A stretch of 60,286 nt of DNA from Chara braunii (taxonomy: Eukaryota; Plantae; Charophyceae). A model generated the notes under the pieces. That model did not search any database, was not told where the DNA came from, and was given only the letters and a program-made list of their open reading frames with translations. Shown here piece by piece: positions 12,672-25,180 of the stretch; position 1 is the first letter of the stretch; the number at the start of each line of letters is the position of its first letter. The stretch is from positions 6,435,083 to 6,495,368 of the forward strand of contig BFEA01000012.1 in NCBI GenBank assembly GCA_003427395.1, in the 5' to 3' direction. The translations under genes and the position numbers were made by a program.

Positions 12672-14085
12672 ATGGACGACTACTCGATGCAGGGCTTGAT
12701 TGCCCTTTCTGTTCTACTGGGTCCTCTGTTCCGTATTTTCTTCCCATTGGGTTTTGGAAGAGTATGCGCATCCAAAATGATGATGCGTTCAGGGACAATT
12801 AAGCCAGGGCCCACGCCTGCTGAAGAGGCAGAAATCGATCGTCGGCAGGCAGAGAAAAAGAAAGAGAAAGAAGACAAAAAAAGACAGAACGAAGAGGGGA
12901 TAAAGAAGAAAGCCCAAATGGAAGAAGAAAAATTCAAAAGGGAAATGAAAAAAAAGTTAGAGCAGCAGTTGAAAGAGGAGTTACAGACTATTGAAGAAGA
13001 AGAAGAGGGTGATGAAGGAGCCGAAAGGCTGATCAGACGGCGGGCTGGAAGAGGAGAAAGTAGTCAGATGGGTGAAGGACTTAATGTTAAGCCGGCGGAG
13101 TGGTATGATCAGTATGCATACTCCAGCGACCGGATACAGGAAACCGACGAAGAACGAGATACGTTCATTGCAAAGTTGACATCCATTGATGACCAGAAAG
13201 AAAAGGACCTTATGCTCGAAGAAAAACGTGCAGAATTGCATAGCAAAATGTTAGCAGCAAAAAGGCAAGAATTAGAAGAAAGGAAAAGACTACAAATAGA
13301 AGGAGCAAGGTTGCAGAAAGAGTTGCAAGAGCAGAAAAACAAACAGATTGCAACCGAAGAAAAGCTTGCCTTGTTGACAGAAACGGTCCTTCATACAAAG
13401 CAAGAGGTCGCGGCTATAAATAGAACTTTGCAGAAAGTCGAGACCAACCAATATAAGTTTGAAGGAATCTGGAATACCTTCTTGGAAAAGTCCGCCGAAG
13501 ACGTCGATCAGCATGTAAAATCATACATTGAAAAGTTAGACAACCACATCACCCAGACCTTTACTCCAGCTGTGATTGAGAGGATAGTCAAAGGCAGCGG
13601 CGGAGGCGGAGGAGATGGAGATGGAGACGGAGATGGGGTGATTACAAGAAAGGAAAGGGTGTCCAGCGAGAAGAAGGAACAGGGCAGATTAATAAGATCA
13701 AAGTAAAAATTCCATGGACATACACAGGAAAGAAAGATGAAAGTGTATTGCATTGGATTGCAACAGTCGAATCCTATGTCTACGGACAACGAATTCCGTA
13801 TTGGGACCGAATGTTAAGGGCAAGTTCTTGTATGGGAGAAGATGCCATGAGCTTTGCAATCTCCCTGCGAAAGGAAGCGGGTTGCAGTTCCATGGTAGAG
13901 TATTCCCAACATCGAAGATTTTCTCAAAGTCGTCAAAGAACGGTTTGAGGACAAGAACTTAGCCAGGAGAACTGAGATATTGATACTGAATCTCCCAGAT
14001 AGGAAATGGAAAAGTACTTCAGCACTTAAGGCAACTATGGATGAACTGCTGCAATGTAATGAGCATGGACTGACCCCGGCTCATT
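12672..14085 (+). pseudogene. gag: Gypsy gag N-terminal/capsid part, frameshifted and truncated
   Basis: Coiled-coil ORF 12672-13706, then in other frames KIPWTYTGKKDESVLHWIATVESYVYGQRIPY and KWKSTSALKATMDELL. Downstream of the LTR and PBS; stops abruptly at ~14085. Confidence 0.75.
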
Positions 14086-14198
14086 GTGAAACCAGCAATG
14101 CCTATAAGGCTACAGGAGTTTGGCAGAGGTGGTTTGCCATAAGCTCAAAGCTTAGATACTTATCAGGTTGAAACGAAGATGACAACATCAGAAGTAGT

Positions 14199-15354
14199 TG
14201 CAAGGGGCCTGACGATTCACACTTGCTGGAGTGTCTCATTCGCATGCACACATGTCACCAAACACAGATAGGATAGCTTCACACAAAGCTCAAAGCTGAG
14301 ATGAGAGAAGAACCGAGTCGCGCAACTTATATTATCAAAAATCACATTATACAAGAGTTTCTCAAGTTCAAGAGTCCAGCGCCCAAAGTATACAAGTCTC
14401 TCCTTCGTTCCAACATACATACAGAGCCTGGCTTAGCCAGCGCTTGTTCCAGATCTCAAGAATGACGCCAACACGTAAGTTTCCACCATCACCAATGTCT
14501 CCACCTGTCTCCACTCTCCCTTGTTCTCTTCTCTCAAGATCTCTGCCCCGGTTCTCCTTGTCTCTTCTTACTTGCACACTCCCTGTCTACAAGGATCTAC
14601 TCAGAATGCCTCTCGTTGATGTACCAACACTAACCCTGCTAATACTACTACTAACACTAGCTCTGCCTGGCGCAGCTATGGCTTGAGCTTCCCTTCCTCT
14701 AGCGCAACTTCTTCTTCTGCCAACGCTTTCTTCCTACACCTTAGCGCACAAGTGCCTCGACACTTCCACGCATCAATGCTCATGGGGATCTGCCTTGTGG
14801 GGAGGCTGCCTCGTTTCTTATAGTGCTGGTCTCCCCTGGCGAGGTCTGAATTCAGTCTTTGTTGGTCCCTTTTCCAGTCCCCAGTTCCTTTTCCTCAGGG
14901 TCCACTGCTGCTGCGGCCTTCAGGCCTCAATTTCGCACTTCCAACCTGAATTTGGACCCTCCCTTGGACTGGAATCCTGACTGGGACTCAACCCTTTGAC
15001 TTCCTTTTGAAAGGACACACCTACTATACGTACAGACATACATTCTGCACGAACAGACACTCATTTTGCACGAACAGACACATATACTGCACGTACAGAC
15101 ACATCTCTTGCCTGAACAGACATGACCTGCGCACCCCCTGGATGAACATACGTGACCCCCAAATCTAGATATTGCAACTGTTCGTTCGGGGGCACAACTG
15201 TGGCCTTTGACATTGGCTTTTGTTTAGCTAGGATGTGACTCTTGACCCAGAGAACATGTCCTATGATCTGCTTTCACGAGTTGGGCCCTGGCGAGTGACC
15301 CCTCTATGCTGCATTTGCCGAACAAGGTCTGAATCGGGTAAAGGCCTTTTTACT
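14199..15354 (-). mobile_element. 3' LTR of the same chromovirus family, on the minus strand
   Basis: Reverse complement of 10645-11831 with a few indels. Directly downstream of the chromodomain and of a purine-rich AGGCCGACGAG tract on the minus strand. Confidence 0.9.
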
Positions 15355-15393
15355 CTCGTCGGCCTAGTTTCGAAGTCCTCTGAGAAAAAACCT

Positions 15394-18300
15394 TCATCTA
15401 TTTATAATACTTATTCCTCTTTTAGCTTTTTCATATGCAGACACAATATGAGGTGCGGAATCCATTAGGTCTTCTCGTGTGAACCGACGATCTTCACTTG
15501 GGTCCTGATAAGCGAATCTCACCTTATACTGGCGCTGTGGTCTGCCTCTACGTCCAGTCTGAAAGGTACTTTCAGCAACAATTTTATTCACATCGTATTT
15601 CCCATCCATACTAGGAGGTATCACCGATCTGCGATTGGGAAACAACTCATTTGTTAAACAAGGTAAGAGTTTCGAAGCGTGGAATACTGGATACGTATGT
15701 AGATGCAGAGGAATCTCTATAACATATGAAGGACCATCCACATCGCCAATCACATCTAGAACCTGCCAAGGTCCTTTGTAGGCTGGTAGCAACTTCTGGG
15801 AGATGTTCTCTTCGGGAACAAACTCCTTAGACTTAACCCACACCAGATCACCTACAGCAAACTGAGAAGGTCTTCTGTGTTTATTTGCCTGTTCTATCAT
15901 TTGGTGTTGTGCCTTCATTATATTTTCTTTTACCTTTTCAATATCTTTCTGATACTAGATAGCAAATTCACTAGTTCCTAGTGGAAGCTTATGCACTTGA
16001 TCCGGGTTTAGCCGATCAATAGGCCTACGTGGACGCCATCCCAGATGCAACTCCATCGAAGTCTTGCATGTAGATAAATGAACAGAGTTATTGTAGGCGC
16101 TAGCAACTTTGGGTAAATGTTTGTCCCAGTCAATCTGGTCGGGACGAATATACATGCGCAGCGTTTGCTGCAAAATCTTGTTCATTTGCTCAGTTTGCCC
16201 GTTCGTTTCAGGATGTCTGCCTGAAGACATAGTCAACTTAGAACCATAGACGTTCATTAGCTGTTGCCATTGTTCACTTGTGAACCTTGTGTCTCTGTCA
16301 CTCACGATTGTCAAGGGATGCCCATAGTCTTTTACCCAATGGTTAAAGAACTCCCAGATTACTAGTTTCGTTCTTGCTTCCGCTGGTAAAGCTACGAAGG
16401 CAGCATACTTGTTAAATTTGTCGACGATTACCATTACCTGCGTCTTTCCATTCCTGCTTTTTACTTTGGTGTTCATAGAGTCAATGGACACAGAGTCTCC
16501 TGGACCTGTTGGAATAGGCAAAGGCTTCAGTAAACCAAGGGGAGGCTGTGTGGTGCTCTTATTTCTTTGACACACTTGACAGCCCTGCACATACGCAATG
16601 CAGTCTGGTTTCATACGAGGCCAGGTGTAGGAACGCAAAAGGTTTGTGTATGTCTTCCTCCACCCAAAATGACCCTCGGTATCGTGACATTCCCCTAAGA
16701 TCAAACTCTTGATCTCTTCCACATTCGGAATAAAGCCTGTCATGCACATCAGTCCTTTCAAGCAACAGTCCTTGCGTGATATGATAGTTAGGAAACTCGG
16801 CTGGCGCTTCTTGTACACGTTTAAGCATAGCGCCAGAGACAGGATCAGTGGAATACGCATTTCTAATTTTCTCCTGTAGATCGGTGCCCACATCTAAATA
16901 GGTTACAATGGCACCAAAAAAATCTGATCTTCGACTCAACGCGTCGGCAACAATGTTATACTTACCCTTAACTGGCTTTAGCTCAAAGTCATATTGATCA
17001 ATCTCAGCGGCCCACCTCGTTAATTTAGGTGTTATCCGGGCCTATGTCTTAAGCCAGCGAAGTGTTTCATGATCCGAATATACCTTGAAGTGGTGTCCTA
17101 AGAGATAGTGTCGCCAGTAATCCAAAGCTTCCCGGAGAGCATACAACTCTCTCTCATACGTAGAAGCGGCGACCTTCTCGTAAGGCAGTCGTCGGGACAT
17201 AAATTCTACAGGCCTGTATCCATTTCCATCATCTTGTTGGAGTACAACGCCTATCCCGTACTGACTGGCGTCAGTTGTGACTACGAAGGGCAACGAAGGG
17301 TCAACAACTTTCAAAACCGGATAATTAATTAGACATTTCTTCAAACGTTTAAACGAGGTTGTACAGTCTGAATCCCACTTCCAGATGGTTTCCTTTTTTA
17401 GCAATCTGCGAAGGAGCGCAGCAATTATCGTGAAGTGTCTCACGAACTTCCGATAATAATTGGCTAGCCCAAGGAACGACCGCAACTCGGTCAAAGTGCG
17501 GGGGTTAGGCCAATCACGTATCGCTGCAATTTTTGTGTCTTCCGGTTTGATCCCATCACCATCAAGCACATGCCCCAAATACAAAACCTGACGTTTAGCC
17601 CAATCACACTTCTTCGGGTTCAACTTCAATTTTGCCTCACGCAACTTATTTAGCACCAGTCGAAGGTGCTCACAATGTTCACTCAAATTCTTACTAAAAA
17701 TCAAAATATCGTCAAGATACACAACAACAAATTTATCAAGCCATTCGCGGAAAAGTTCATTCATCGTTCTTTGGAAGGTTGCAGGAGCATTAGTAAGACC
17801 AAAGGGCAACACCACGAACTCATAGTGCCCGTACCTTGTTCGAAAGGCAGTTTTGTGTTGGTCTTCTGGCTCTACCTCAATCTGATGGTAGCCAGACTTC
17901 AAATCAATCTTAGTGAAGTATGTGCAACCCTGAACTCTATCCAAAAGATCATCAATCCTTGGTAATGGCTCAACATTTTTGACTGTTATATCGTTAAGTC
18001 TTCTATAATCAATGCACATGCGTACCCCGCCATCTTTCTTTGGTACAAATAGCACAGGTGCAGCATAGGGCGAGGAGCTAGGTCTTATCCACCCCTTTTC
18101 CAACAATTCATCAAGATGGGTTCGCAGTTCATCTAACTCTTTGGGTGACATTCGATAGATAGGCCCCTTAGGAATCTGACTCCCTGGAATAATCTCAATG
18201 CGATGTTTGATAGGTCTTTCAACTACACCACTCGGGGCTTCTGCCACTTTTGCGAACTCTTTCAGAAGTTTCTCAATTTCTGGGGACTTAGGCTCTTCCT

Positions 18301-18790
18301 TATTTTCACCCTCTCTTACTGGGCGCACATATGCCACAAAAACTTGGTCATACAAATTGTGCTTCTTAACATGGCGAGCGAACGCTGGGGCACTCATACA
18401 ACAATGAGCTACGCTGCTTTCTTTACCTGATTCATGGAATAGGCGGATTCTCTTATCTCCACCCTGCGGACTAGGGAGCCAACACTCATGATCCCTCATC
18501 TTTATATCCGCATTTGCAGCTTCACCCCAATCCATACCTAAAAGAATGTCAAAAGGAAGATTATCTTCCACCAAGAGAGTCAGGAAGTGGAGAACACGTT
18601 CCACCTTCCCCCCTGCTTCGAGCCGAAAGTATACCTTAACCCCTTCAACATATCTATCCATAACAGTTACTGTACTATTAGCTAACTTACTTACTACGGG
18701 CTTATCCAATTGTTTAACTTTAAGCCTGAGATGCAACTTCTTTAACCCTTTCTTACTAATATAACTGCGTGTAGACCCGCTATCTATCAT
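15394..18790 (-). pseudogene. pol: Ty3/Gypsy pol: protease-RT-RNase H-integrase-chromodomain
   Basis: IDSGST (protease); IDLKSGYHQI, PFGLTNAPATFQ, YLDD (RT); TTDASQYG, YSDHETL (RNase H); HDTEGH...C..C, SDRD, GQTEQMN (integrase); PAYKGPW, PVFHASKL; YDVNKIV...YKVRF..(chromodomain). Stop at 17042 and frameshifts. Confidence 0.95.
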
Positions 18791-18899
18791 TCCTCCTACT
18801 CAACTCATCACCCATGCCAGCGAGGGATCCATCTAGAGAGATGCATACGCTTGCCACCTCTGGACAGTGCACTAGATGGGGACTGTCTACCTCTTAAGT

Positions 18900-19440
18900 T
18901 TCTGCCAGTGGGACCTTCGAATGGGAGGATTTCTTTTTTTCAACATCAGAAGTCCCTGTAGAGGCAACTGAGACCTCTACTGACTGTTCCCTTTTGCCAC
19001 CTTATAGTCAGGGCAATAAGGGACAATGTGGTCGGGGTCCCCACATTTAAGGCACTGGTCGGCAGCTTTCCTTTCCTGCCAAACTTTCTTTGTAATTCCC
19101 AGCTTTTTCCAAGGTTACCCTTCGGGTAGACCTGGATGAGGTGGGTATGGCTTATCCCACTTGTTGTACCAGGTGCCACTTCCTCTTCCCCAGGCAGAAT
19201 TGGAACCACGGCCACCTTGCGAGGGACCATTTCCCCTTTCTCCCACGTAGTAGCTACCTTCGCCAGAGGCACCACCCCTCTGGGTGCCAGGTCCTCTTCC
19301 ACCATGTCCGCGGCCACCTCTTCCTCGGCCACGTCCTCTTCCTTGTCGCCCTCCCCCGCGGGCAACGGCCGCGTAGCTCCCCTCCTGAGCTACCAAACCG
19401 TTGGGTCCAGCTAGAAGTAGTTCTTCTCGGGGAAGCTCAA
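18900..19440 (-). pseudogene. gag: Gypsy gag C-terminus (RGG tract + zinc knuckle)
   Basis: GSYAAVARGGGRQGRGRGRG and CLKCGDPDHIVPYC (~19012-19053) upstream of the protease. Confidence 0.85.
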
Positions 19441-19987
19441 CGTTATGCCGGTGGGAGTGAAAGGATTCGCGCGCCCCAGTAGTACGGTGCCGCGTACCAC
19501 GTCCCATTTTCTTTTCTACCATAGGGCCGCACATAGAAGTTCCGGTAGGTACCATACAGGCCAAAATAAAGATTCTGTAGGATAAGGCCGTAGAGAGAGT
19601 AGAAGTTTCTAGCAGTCAGTAGGCAGAGTTTCACCGCATGTCGAGTCCTGGTCAAATCGCAGCTCAGTTGCAGGAAAGGCCTAGGGACAGTCAAAATCTT
19701 TGTCGGCAGCTTCAAGGCCAGACAGGGACCGGCAGTGACAGCCAATGGGGAGGTATCTGCATGCACAAAAGGGAGGCTGCAGCCAGGAACCTCCTCTTCC
19801 TCAATTGTAGCTTATGCGAAAGCACTGTGCTATTATTGTCTGCCAAAATCCTGGAAGTGTGGACAGTGCCAGATGAGGGAGATGGTCAATGGAGCTGGGC
19901 ACCATAGCTGTAGACTAGCGCAGTGGGAGAGGGAGAGCAGTGATGACATTCGGAGAGAGATTGCGAGACCTGTGCACAGTTTAGATA

Positions 19988-19988
<1 letters not shown>

Positions 19989-20046
<58 letters not shown>
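19989..20046. repeat. (AG)n microsatellite
   Basis: Directly visible. Confidence 0.95.
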
Positions 20047-20050
<4 letters not shown>

Positions 20051-20465
20051 TGCTTGTTGTTGTTGGCAGCGGCCATAACGGCAGAGCTCAAGTTCCAAGT
20101 GCACTCATATCGTGTGGATCTTGCTAGCTTGGTGTGGATTTTGACAACGATGCATGCATAAAGTTTGAAGCAATGACGGTGAGAAAAACAAGATCTTTTT
20201 CAGTAAGGGCAGGACCTTTACATATAGGCAGTCACATCATAGTACAGCTGCTACACTGTTGTTGCATTGATGAGTGAATGTGAGAAGCTGGAATTTCTTT
20301 ATCAGGAGACTTCAGTGTCAGGGTGCTCTTATTTGGTATGCTCTGTGCTTTGTAACTCTGCTTTAGGATCTGCTCATATATGCTCGTTCTGCTTTGAGTC
20401 TCTTGCTTCTCTGAGCTGACTACTGAAACTGCAGGCGACAGTTTTCTCATAATAATCTGTCATGG

Positions 20466-20601
20466 AACGCCGGGCCCGATTCCCAGCACGTGCCGCTCCC
20501 CACCAATAGATGGAGCAGCTGGCAACGGCCCTACTACCAAGGAGTGGCTGCTCATATCACCACTCTTAGTATGCCCAGCTGGCTTTTGGTTAAAAAAAAA
20601 A
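20466..20601 (+). mobile_element. Short retroposed LINE 3'-tail fragment with poly(A)
   Basis: Shares CCACCAATAGA and GCTCATATCAC with the 3' end of LINE 2 (32650-32766); ends in an A run. Confidence 0.65.
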
Positions 20602-21434
20602 GTCTCTTGCTTCTCAGAAACGTTGAGGAAACTTGTGTGCCCAACTTCCCATTGATTGGTTCCTTGCAAAGGAATGTCGTTTCTCATTCCTTGCAAAGGA
20701 ATGTCGTTTCTCATATGGCATTCCTTCTAGGTGCGTAGTAGCATGGGTTCCAAAAATGTATGAAAAACAGGGAAATTCCGAAATTTCAAATTTGGGACAA
20801 AAACTTGAAAAAAGTCGCATTTTTTTTTATAGTGAAATGGCAGCTCATTGTAATCCACAGCTCCCAGATGTCCCCGTCCATCCTTGATAAGTTCCGAAGG
20901 GCTTAAAAAAGTGTGTGGTGGAAATCCTTTGATACTGAGATCGCCTTGTCATACACCAATTCATCAACAGGTCGCGAGTTCAAATCAGGTTATTCCTTCT
21001 CAGGAAAGAGCAGCTGGTTGTCAATGCCCATCCTTTGGGGATGGGTAATCAATGCTCCGCTGTCCGTGATCACGTCAAATGTAGTGCACTTAATATACTG
21101 TCTCATTGGATCCTGAAGCCAGTGTGCAGCATGAACTGTTCCCAACGACTAGAACCATCTACAGGGGTGGCTCTCTGTCAGGAGGAGTCTTGGGCCTCCC
21201 CCTCGATGAACAGCCACCAATTGATGTTGCTTTAATAAATAGAAGGTAAGAGAAGAGTCTGAGTCACCGCTATGAACGGGAAAAATCTGGGCCTACGGGA
21301 CTCGATACTTTGGGGAAACAGGAGGCCATTCTATGTAGTGGAGGTCTTAAAAAATGGAACGTCTTTTCTCGACCATGCCCTGGCGGTTACGCTAGAAAAT
21401 CTGAGACCTGTTGCAAAAGTTAACTCATGGAGTA

Positions 21435-21552
21435 GACCTGATTTCCAGCAGGTGCAGCTCCCCACCAATAGACAGGAACCATCTGCTGGGAGGGTATCAC
21501 AGAGGGATGCTCATATCACCCCCCTGTGGCACCCCGCTAGGATGTTTAAGAA
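21435..21552 (+). mobile_element. Second LINE 3'-tail fragment
   Basis: Same two motifs in the same order as at 20500 and 32675; degraded A-rich tail. Confidence 0.6.
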
Positions 21553-22774
21553 AGGAGGAGGGGGGGGGACAAATCCCAATTCTACAACCCATCCACTGTT
21601 TGACAACAACTCTACAGGCTGACTGCATGGACATAATGTGGCCCGCAGGGCTGGCGGCTTAAGTCATGTGGAATGCATGGACATGATGCGGCCCGCAGGA
21701 CTGACCGCATGGTTCAACAGAGTGAGAAAAAAGGGGCTCTCCGCAGGACTGACGGCTTAAGTCATGTGGAATGCAGCAATGTTAGCGGCCGACCACTTTA
21801 TAAGAAGCAAGGTCGCATTTTTGTGGAGTAGTACACACAAATACGACATTCTCATTATGGCGCATAATGGTGTGGATCATCCCCTCGTCAAAAGTTAAAG
21901 ATGGTTTGATTCTTTGCTGCTGATTGTTGATGTGAGTTAAAGACATTTCCATCACCTTCCCCTGAGTACAAGTGAAAGAGATTTGGGGTCCTTTCAGATA
22001 TCCACTAAACTTGGCGATACAGAGAAGAACAGTGGCACCGCTGGGCAAGCATGATTGACACAAACTGAGGTGGGGGGAACAAACATGTGGGGCCTTGCAT
22101 AGTGGCTGAACCGCATGATACATGATTGCGCCTGAGTAAACAGTTAAGGTAATCTAAATGTCAGCCCCATCTGTAGAACAAAAGAAAGACTAAGCAGCTG
22201 TCAGTTTTTGAACTTTTTTGCTCATCATTGCAGACTACTGTTTTTCACAGACTCAAGAGCTCAAGATGGCCTTTAGCAGTCTCAATATGGTGCCACACTC
22301 TGAGCCCTTCACATGATCTTATTGAATGCTGAAAGAGTCAGAAAGACCCATCATCAACAGAGCCGTGCTGTCGTGAGGCTGCCGGGCTTACAAGGGTGTG
22401 CGTTTCTTTCTTGCAATCCAAGGATTCTCCAATTCATGGCAGCCAATGGTTGTTATTCTGTCTTGTGGTGCCCAGCTTGCTGATGACTGCCTTTTCTTTT
22501 TCTATTTTTTATTTTTTTTTTAAAAGGAAAAGGGCGGCAGTCTTGAGATATATCGACAGGTGACTGGCCCCAGGTAATTCGAGATCATTATGGAAGTTGT
22601 TGTAGAGTATATGTCATGATTGTTGGTTATAGAACTTCTATTATGACAGGTATGGTTGATAGTTTAAGCCTCTTGAAATTGAGGGCGTCAACCCCGATAG
22701 GCATCGTAATTGAGCCATGAATGGCGGCTATGATGATCCTGATTCCTGACTAAGAATTCAAATCAACCTGAGAA

Positions 22775-23024
22775 TGAGAATGCTTTTATTGTGTATGTCC
22801 CAACCGGCCACAGGAGGACCTGAGCAGCCACTTCGACCCGGTCTGACGCTCCGACATCGCCAAGGGTTACAGGGCGGCAGAACTCACCCTACCGAGCGAG
22901 CTACCACCATTGACGGGATCTGGTCATCCTCCTCAGGCCACCAAGAAGTGACGGCAACAGGATTAAGATTTAGAACCCAGCACCTACGCGGTGCCGCCCG
23001 GGCATGAAACCTACCGAGCCAGCC
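22775..23024 (-). mobile_element. Possible tRNA-derived SINE
   Basis: Minus strand begins GGCTGGCTCGGTAGG (A-box-like), has GGGTTCTAAATC (B-box-like) ~45 nt from the start, a GC-rich body, and AATAAA near the end. Confidence 0.35.
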
Positions 23025-23112
23025 AACGGGACGTGCTGCTTCCATTCGTTCTCAATCCTTTGCTCCCACTCGTGCTGTGATCCCTCCCGCTTCGGTGTTT
23101 CATCCTTGCTGA

Positions 23113-24621
23113 ATGAGGGGATTGTTTCATGCAAAGAAGTTTGGATTCGAGTTTTGGAAACTTCTGATATCTGTTTTCCTTTGTGTTCACTGCCAAATTC
23201 TAAGGCTCGGAAGCATCAGCGAGATGAAGAAAAAGGACAAGTACGTTGACCACCATCACAATGGGATTCGCCAAGCGGGGAACAAAAGCCTATTGTCCTA
23301 TGGCCCTAGACTGGGCATTCCAGGGTGGACGGGATTTGTTCCCATTGAGGAAGGCATCCTCATTCCTATCAAAGACTGCACAAGGCATGTGGAAAAGACG
23401 GGCAATGAAATTGCAACATCCAACCTTCTCAAGGAGAAAGTTGCAGGCGAGCCTACAACCTATGGTCGTATGGGGAAACACCCCTCGTTGGCGTATAAAA
23501 TCATCAAGGAGCAGGGCGGTGGGTGGTGGTCCAGAGATGCCAGCAGGACAAAGAAAACCAAAACTGGACCTCTCGCTGACAAAAGCATCTACAAGGCTGA
23601 CATAGTGAAGCACAGCGATTTTGTTAAAGTTGCCCCGCCAGACGATGAAGGCAAGGAGAACAAGAAGCCCCATCTTGGGTGCTCATCAAGAAGCAGTAGC
23701 CCTCGACCAAAATACGAAGAGGTCGCTGCCTGCATCAATGGAATGGTGCAGAGTTATCGGTTTGATTCAGCTTATACACTGATGGCAATTGACAATCCTA
23801 AGGTTGGTGGCAAGGTGGCTGCAGGCCTTTTCAAGACCAGGAGGCTAGTAGCGCCAACGAAGGAGGTAAACCTCATCCTTCCAGATTCTGAGGCAAGGCC
23901 CTACGAGTGGAGGAAGAGCGCACCATCTCAAAACCCCTGGGACAAGGAGTGCATTTTCTTCCAACCGGATGGCCTTCGAAACGCCCCATCGATGTACACA
24001 ACTTGTCATGGAGTCAGAGGTTCCAATCCTCTGGCTCAGAGTGCTGTGATGTCAGGGAGTGTTTCAGATCAATCCAGCTGCCGAACATGGGACCTGGCCA
24101 TGACCAAGTCTGGTCAGCAGCTGCCCGGATACGCTGGGTACATACCTTCTTATTCTCAACGAGCAGATGCCCGACCACGTCGGAATGCCAAGGAGGATAT
24201 GCTGCAATTCGAGCTTGATCAATATAATCACGGTCATATTCCATTCTACCAAGGTTACCTACCGAAAGCTGTGAGCAATATCAAGCCATCAAAAGGACCA
24301 ACAGATAGGACAGTCTATGGGAGTACTAATGCAAGTGTGCAGGCAGAACTAGCAAAGGGACCCCCACTGCGTACTTCTCAAAATGCCAGGACAGATGAAG
24401 TGACCAAATTCTTCAGCAATGGCAAGTCGGAGTTTGTGTCATTTAATGGAAGGACCTTTGCTGAGAGATACTTCCACATCCTCCGGCCCAAAGAGGGTCT
24501 CCCCAAAATTCTTTATCCTTCAAAATACAACGACCATGGATCCCGGTTTGCTAATCAAGGATTGCCGCCCTCTGTGGACCTGCATATATATCGTAATGGC
24601 ACTCGTGTTGCCAGAAGATAA
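23113..24621 (+). CDS. Intact single-exon protein with PGY/GY-G-x-x-P repeats; resembles FAM166-type ciliary microtubule inner proteins
   Basis: Uninterrupted 502-codon ORF (alternative start ATG 23224). Repeats IPGWTGFVP, LPGYAGYIP, IPFYQGYLP; no transposon motifs. Family assignment is from motif recognition only. Confidence 0.7.
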   Translation: MRGLFHAKKFGFEFWKLLISVFLCVHCQILRLGSISEMKKKDKYVDHHHNGIRQAGNKSLLSYGPRLGIPGWTGFVPIEEGILIPIKDCTRHVEKTGNEIATSNLLKEKVAGEPTTYGRMGKHPSLAYKIIKEQGGGWWSRDASRTKKTKTGPLADKSIYKADIVKHSDFVKVAPPDDEGKENKKPHLGCSSRSSSPRPKYEEVAACINGMVQSYRFDSAYTLMAIDNPKVGGKVAAGLFKTRRLVAPTKEVNLILPDSEARPYEWRKSAPSQNPWDKECIFFQPDGLRNAPSMYTTCHGVRGSNPLAQSAVMSGSVSDQSSCRTWDLAMTKSGQQLPGYAGYIPSYSQRADARPRRNAKEDMLQFELDQYNHGHIPFYQGYLPKAVSNIKPSKGPTDRTVYGSTNASVQAELAKGPPLRTSQNARTDEVTKFFSNGKSEFVSFNGRTFAERYFHILRPKEGLPKILYPSKYNDHGSRFANQGLPPSVDLHIYRNGTRVARR

Positions 24622-25088
24622 GCCAGAAGAAGAACCAAAGAGCAGTACTTCTGGTTTTGGGCCTTGTCAACAGGTTGCTGTGGGAGAGAGTGGGGGAAGT
24701 ATGTTATCCCTTGATAAATACGGCAGGATCATTCACAATTAGATGATCACTATTTGTCATTGTCAGTGCCACAAAACGCAATGTGTCATATGTTCAGAGG
24801 GCTTAAGGATATCCGTTGACTAGGGAGTTGTGTACCAGAAGACTTCGTTCTCCTGCTCTCATAAAAAACGAGCTGCACAACCTGCACCCGGTAACTGCTT
24901 TCCAATTCTGGGCAAGGCTATGATTGTGAACTCCTATGTTGGCGTGAATGACCAGCAGCAACAGCAGACAGTGTGGTTCTGTTGCCAACTTGCCGGATAC
25001 CATGCAGAGGGATAGACGAGTCCGACATCCAAAGCAACAAAATATGAATTACTGAAAGCAGGAAAACTCATCGCATTCGACACAGAAA

Positions 25089-25101
<13 letters not shown>

Positions 25102-25174
<73 letters not shown>

Positions 25175-25180
25175 GAGAGA
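25102..25180. repeat. (AG)n microsatellite flanking assembly gap 25181-25627
   Basis: Directly visible. Confidence 0.95.

Noticed and set aside
10645-15354. DIRS-like or TIR DNA transposon suggested by long inverted repeats around an ORF
   Set aside because: The repeats are Gypsy LTRs (PBS after one, integrase-chromodomain before the other); no tyrosine recombinase or transposase is present.
20659-21776. Local short duplications (27-bp tandem at 20659-20713; ~50-bp repeats at 21624-21776)
   Set aside because: Consistent with ordinary slippage or repair duplications; no further structure.
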